From the sequence record NC_019524.2: a DNA stretch of 60,496 nt. One strand, 5' to 3'. The translations under genes and the position numbers were made by a program. This document shows, one piece after another, positions 59,157 to 60,496 of this stretch. The stretch's first letter is position 1. Each line of letters begins with the position of its first letter. Under the pieces are notes generated by a model that saw only the letters and a list, made by a program, of their open reading frames with translations, searched no databases and was not told the origin of the DNA. The DNA is from Hafnia phage Enc34.

Positions 59157-59637
59157 AGACGCGTACAGGGTATCGCGCCGCCTCATCCGTGAAAACGGGA
59201 TGTATGCGCTTCAATGGCTAACTGACGACCACGCCGCGATCATGGACGTGTTAGGCAGTCAGTTAGACGACCCACTAGAAACGCGGGCGGCTATTGTCAC
59301 ATATAGCACGCGGGCGGGGCTTGATTGTTCCGTGAGAAAAACAGCAACGCTAGATTTATTAGCACGTTTTAATGACATCAAATCAAATACTCAAAAGGTG
59401 GATTCTATGGACTGCGTAACCGAACAACCAAAAACTAAAACCGTAACCATGTACAGCGCTGGAAATTACGACGATATGCAAGAAGCCGCTGAATGCTGCG
59501 CGGTGTACACTTCAACCGTTCCCGCCGATACATCGAATGACGTGATCCTAGCGATGGCAGATCTAGCCCGCCGCGCATTAAGTGAGGCGGAAACACTTTG
59601 CGTAATGGTCGACGGCATCGAATTAGAATGGTGTTAA
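59134..59637 (+). CDS. hypothetical protein
   Basis: 167 aa. Confidence 0.4.
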   Translation: MMGKIMNKDAYRVSRRLIRENGMYALQWLTDDHAAIMDVLGSQLDDPLETRAAIVTYSTRAGLDCSVRKTATLDLLARFNDIKSNTQKVDSMDCVTEQPKTKTVTMYSAGNYDDMQEAAECCAVYTSTVPADTSNDVILAMADLARRALSEAETLCVMVDGIELEWC

Positions 59638-59649
59638 GGGGTTTTTCTT

Positions 59650-59961
59650 ATGGGTATCGTTTCACGTAAAGAGGCGGCAATAGGCGGGCGGTTGTACGTT
59701 CTGACAATTGAGACTGACACGACGGCGGGCTGTTATGGCGTTTTTGCCAGTCATCCTATATCTGGACGGCGGGAGCGTATCGGCTTAATCGGTGTGGTTC
59801 GGGCTAATGGTCAAACATGCCACACGGTCAAAACGTCACAAGGTGCCTTTCCGCGCTTTGATGGAATGGCGGGCTGTATGGTGTTTTTAATTGACCATCT
59901 AACGCAGTTTTCACGGCATGACAGGGATATATTTGTTCGTATGACCATTGGAAACGATTAG
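59650..59961 (+). CDS. hypothetical protein
   Basis: 103 aa, last gene of the rightward block. Confidence 0.4.
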   Translation: MGIVSRKEAAIGGRLYVLTIETDTTAGCYGVFASHPISGRRERIGLIGVVRANGQTCHTVKTSQGAFPRFDGMAGCMVFLIDHLTQFSRHDRDIFVRMTIGND

Positions 59962-60014
59962 GGGTTTAACGCGTCCTATAGATGGGCGCTTATACACACA
60001 CCGCGTATATTAAA

Positions 60015-60039
60015 GGCCGTCCATTGGGGCGGCTTTTTT
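60015..60039 (+). terminator. weak terminator-like hairpin plus T6
   Basis: GGCCG..CGGC followed by TTTTTT, downstream of the last rightward gene. Confidence 0.35.
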
Positions 60040-60496
60040 GTGTCTGCGTTTTGCGCGTGTGGCGTGTGTTTTTAAGGGGGTGATTCTGGTAGGGGTGGCA
60101 TGGGGTGGTGTGATATACGCGGCGTGTGCCTTTGTGGGGTACATCACATTACGGATATAAGGCCGAAAATAAATAATGTTATGCATTGGTAGGGGGCGCG
60201 GTACCGCATAAGGGCTAGGCGTGGCGGGGGTGGCACACGCGGCATGTATCATGAGGGGCTAATCATTTAGGTGATTGGCCTTTTTTATTGCCTAGTGTGT
60301 ATTGTGGTCATACATGGGGGTTGTGTGTAGCCTTTATCCGAGCTGTACGGGCTGTGGTGCGTATATCATCGTGTAACATGAGATACCCTATTGCTTTGCG
60401 TCGTGCGGGGCGTGGCTGGCTGCTGGCGAAGAATCCCCGATCATATTTCAAAAAGGTACTTCCCCGACTATCCGACCGCCCGGGGGTGCGCAGAGC

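Noticed and set aside
60010-60252. Minus-strand ORF in the right terminal non-coding region
   Set aside because: No RBS, a Pro/Ala/Thr-rich product generated by the GC-rich motif repeats, and a location in a convergent terminator region.

Overview
This window reads as a complete, or nearly complete, dsDNA tailed-phage genome of about 60.5 kb. The last 12 nt (GGTGCGCAGAGC) repeat the first 12 nt, which suggests a circular assembly or a terminal repeat, and the composition looks enterobacterial (about 50% GC). Gene order, from the left:

- **Leftward replication genes (568-3509):** a primase-polymerase/SF3 helicase gene and a small HTH-like gene, both on the minus strand.
- **Rightward replication/recombination operon (3.6-10.3 kb):** a small acidic protein, a PD-(D/E)XK nuclease with a Cys cluster, a T7 gp2.5-like SSB, a family A DNA polymerase, a VRR-NUC nuclease and an SNF2 helicase.
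- **Lambda-like head module (10.3-17.7 kb):** TerS, TerL, a gpW-like protein, portal, an S49 protease fused to a scaffold, a gpD-like decoration protein and a gpE-like major capsid protein.
- **Tail module (17.8-39.8 kb):** head-tail proteins, a major tail protein with a C-terminal Ig-like domain, G and G-T chaperones with an A_AAA_AAG -1 slippery site, and a roughly 1430-aa tape measure gene that here is broken across three reading frames. Then come distal-tail and hub-like proteins, a roughly 1290-aa central fiber gene broken across two frames, four tandem paralogous fiber/adhesin-like genes and a highly repetitive 668-aa protein.
- **Lysis cassette (39.8-41.3 kb):** holin-like protein, putative endolysin, and an i-spanin with an embedded o-spanin.
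- **Leftward accessory/early block (41.3-53.1 kb):** Dam-type MTase, NDT-like protein, DEDDh exonuclease, RdgC-like protein and many unknowns.
- **Iteron-containing intergenic region (53.2-53.8 kb).**
- **Rightward AT-richer block (53.8-60.0 kb):** 16 small ORFans.

The most notable signals are an acidic C-terminal -[D/E]n-E-V tail shared by nine otherwise unrelated proteins, and a family of promoters whose 17-nt spacer is conserved. Two of those promoters sit directly against a hairpin plus U-tract. The frame disruptions in the tape measure and central fiber genes are either sequencing indels or recoding, and should be resolved by resequencing.
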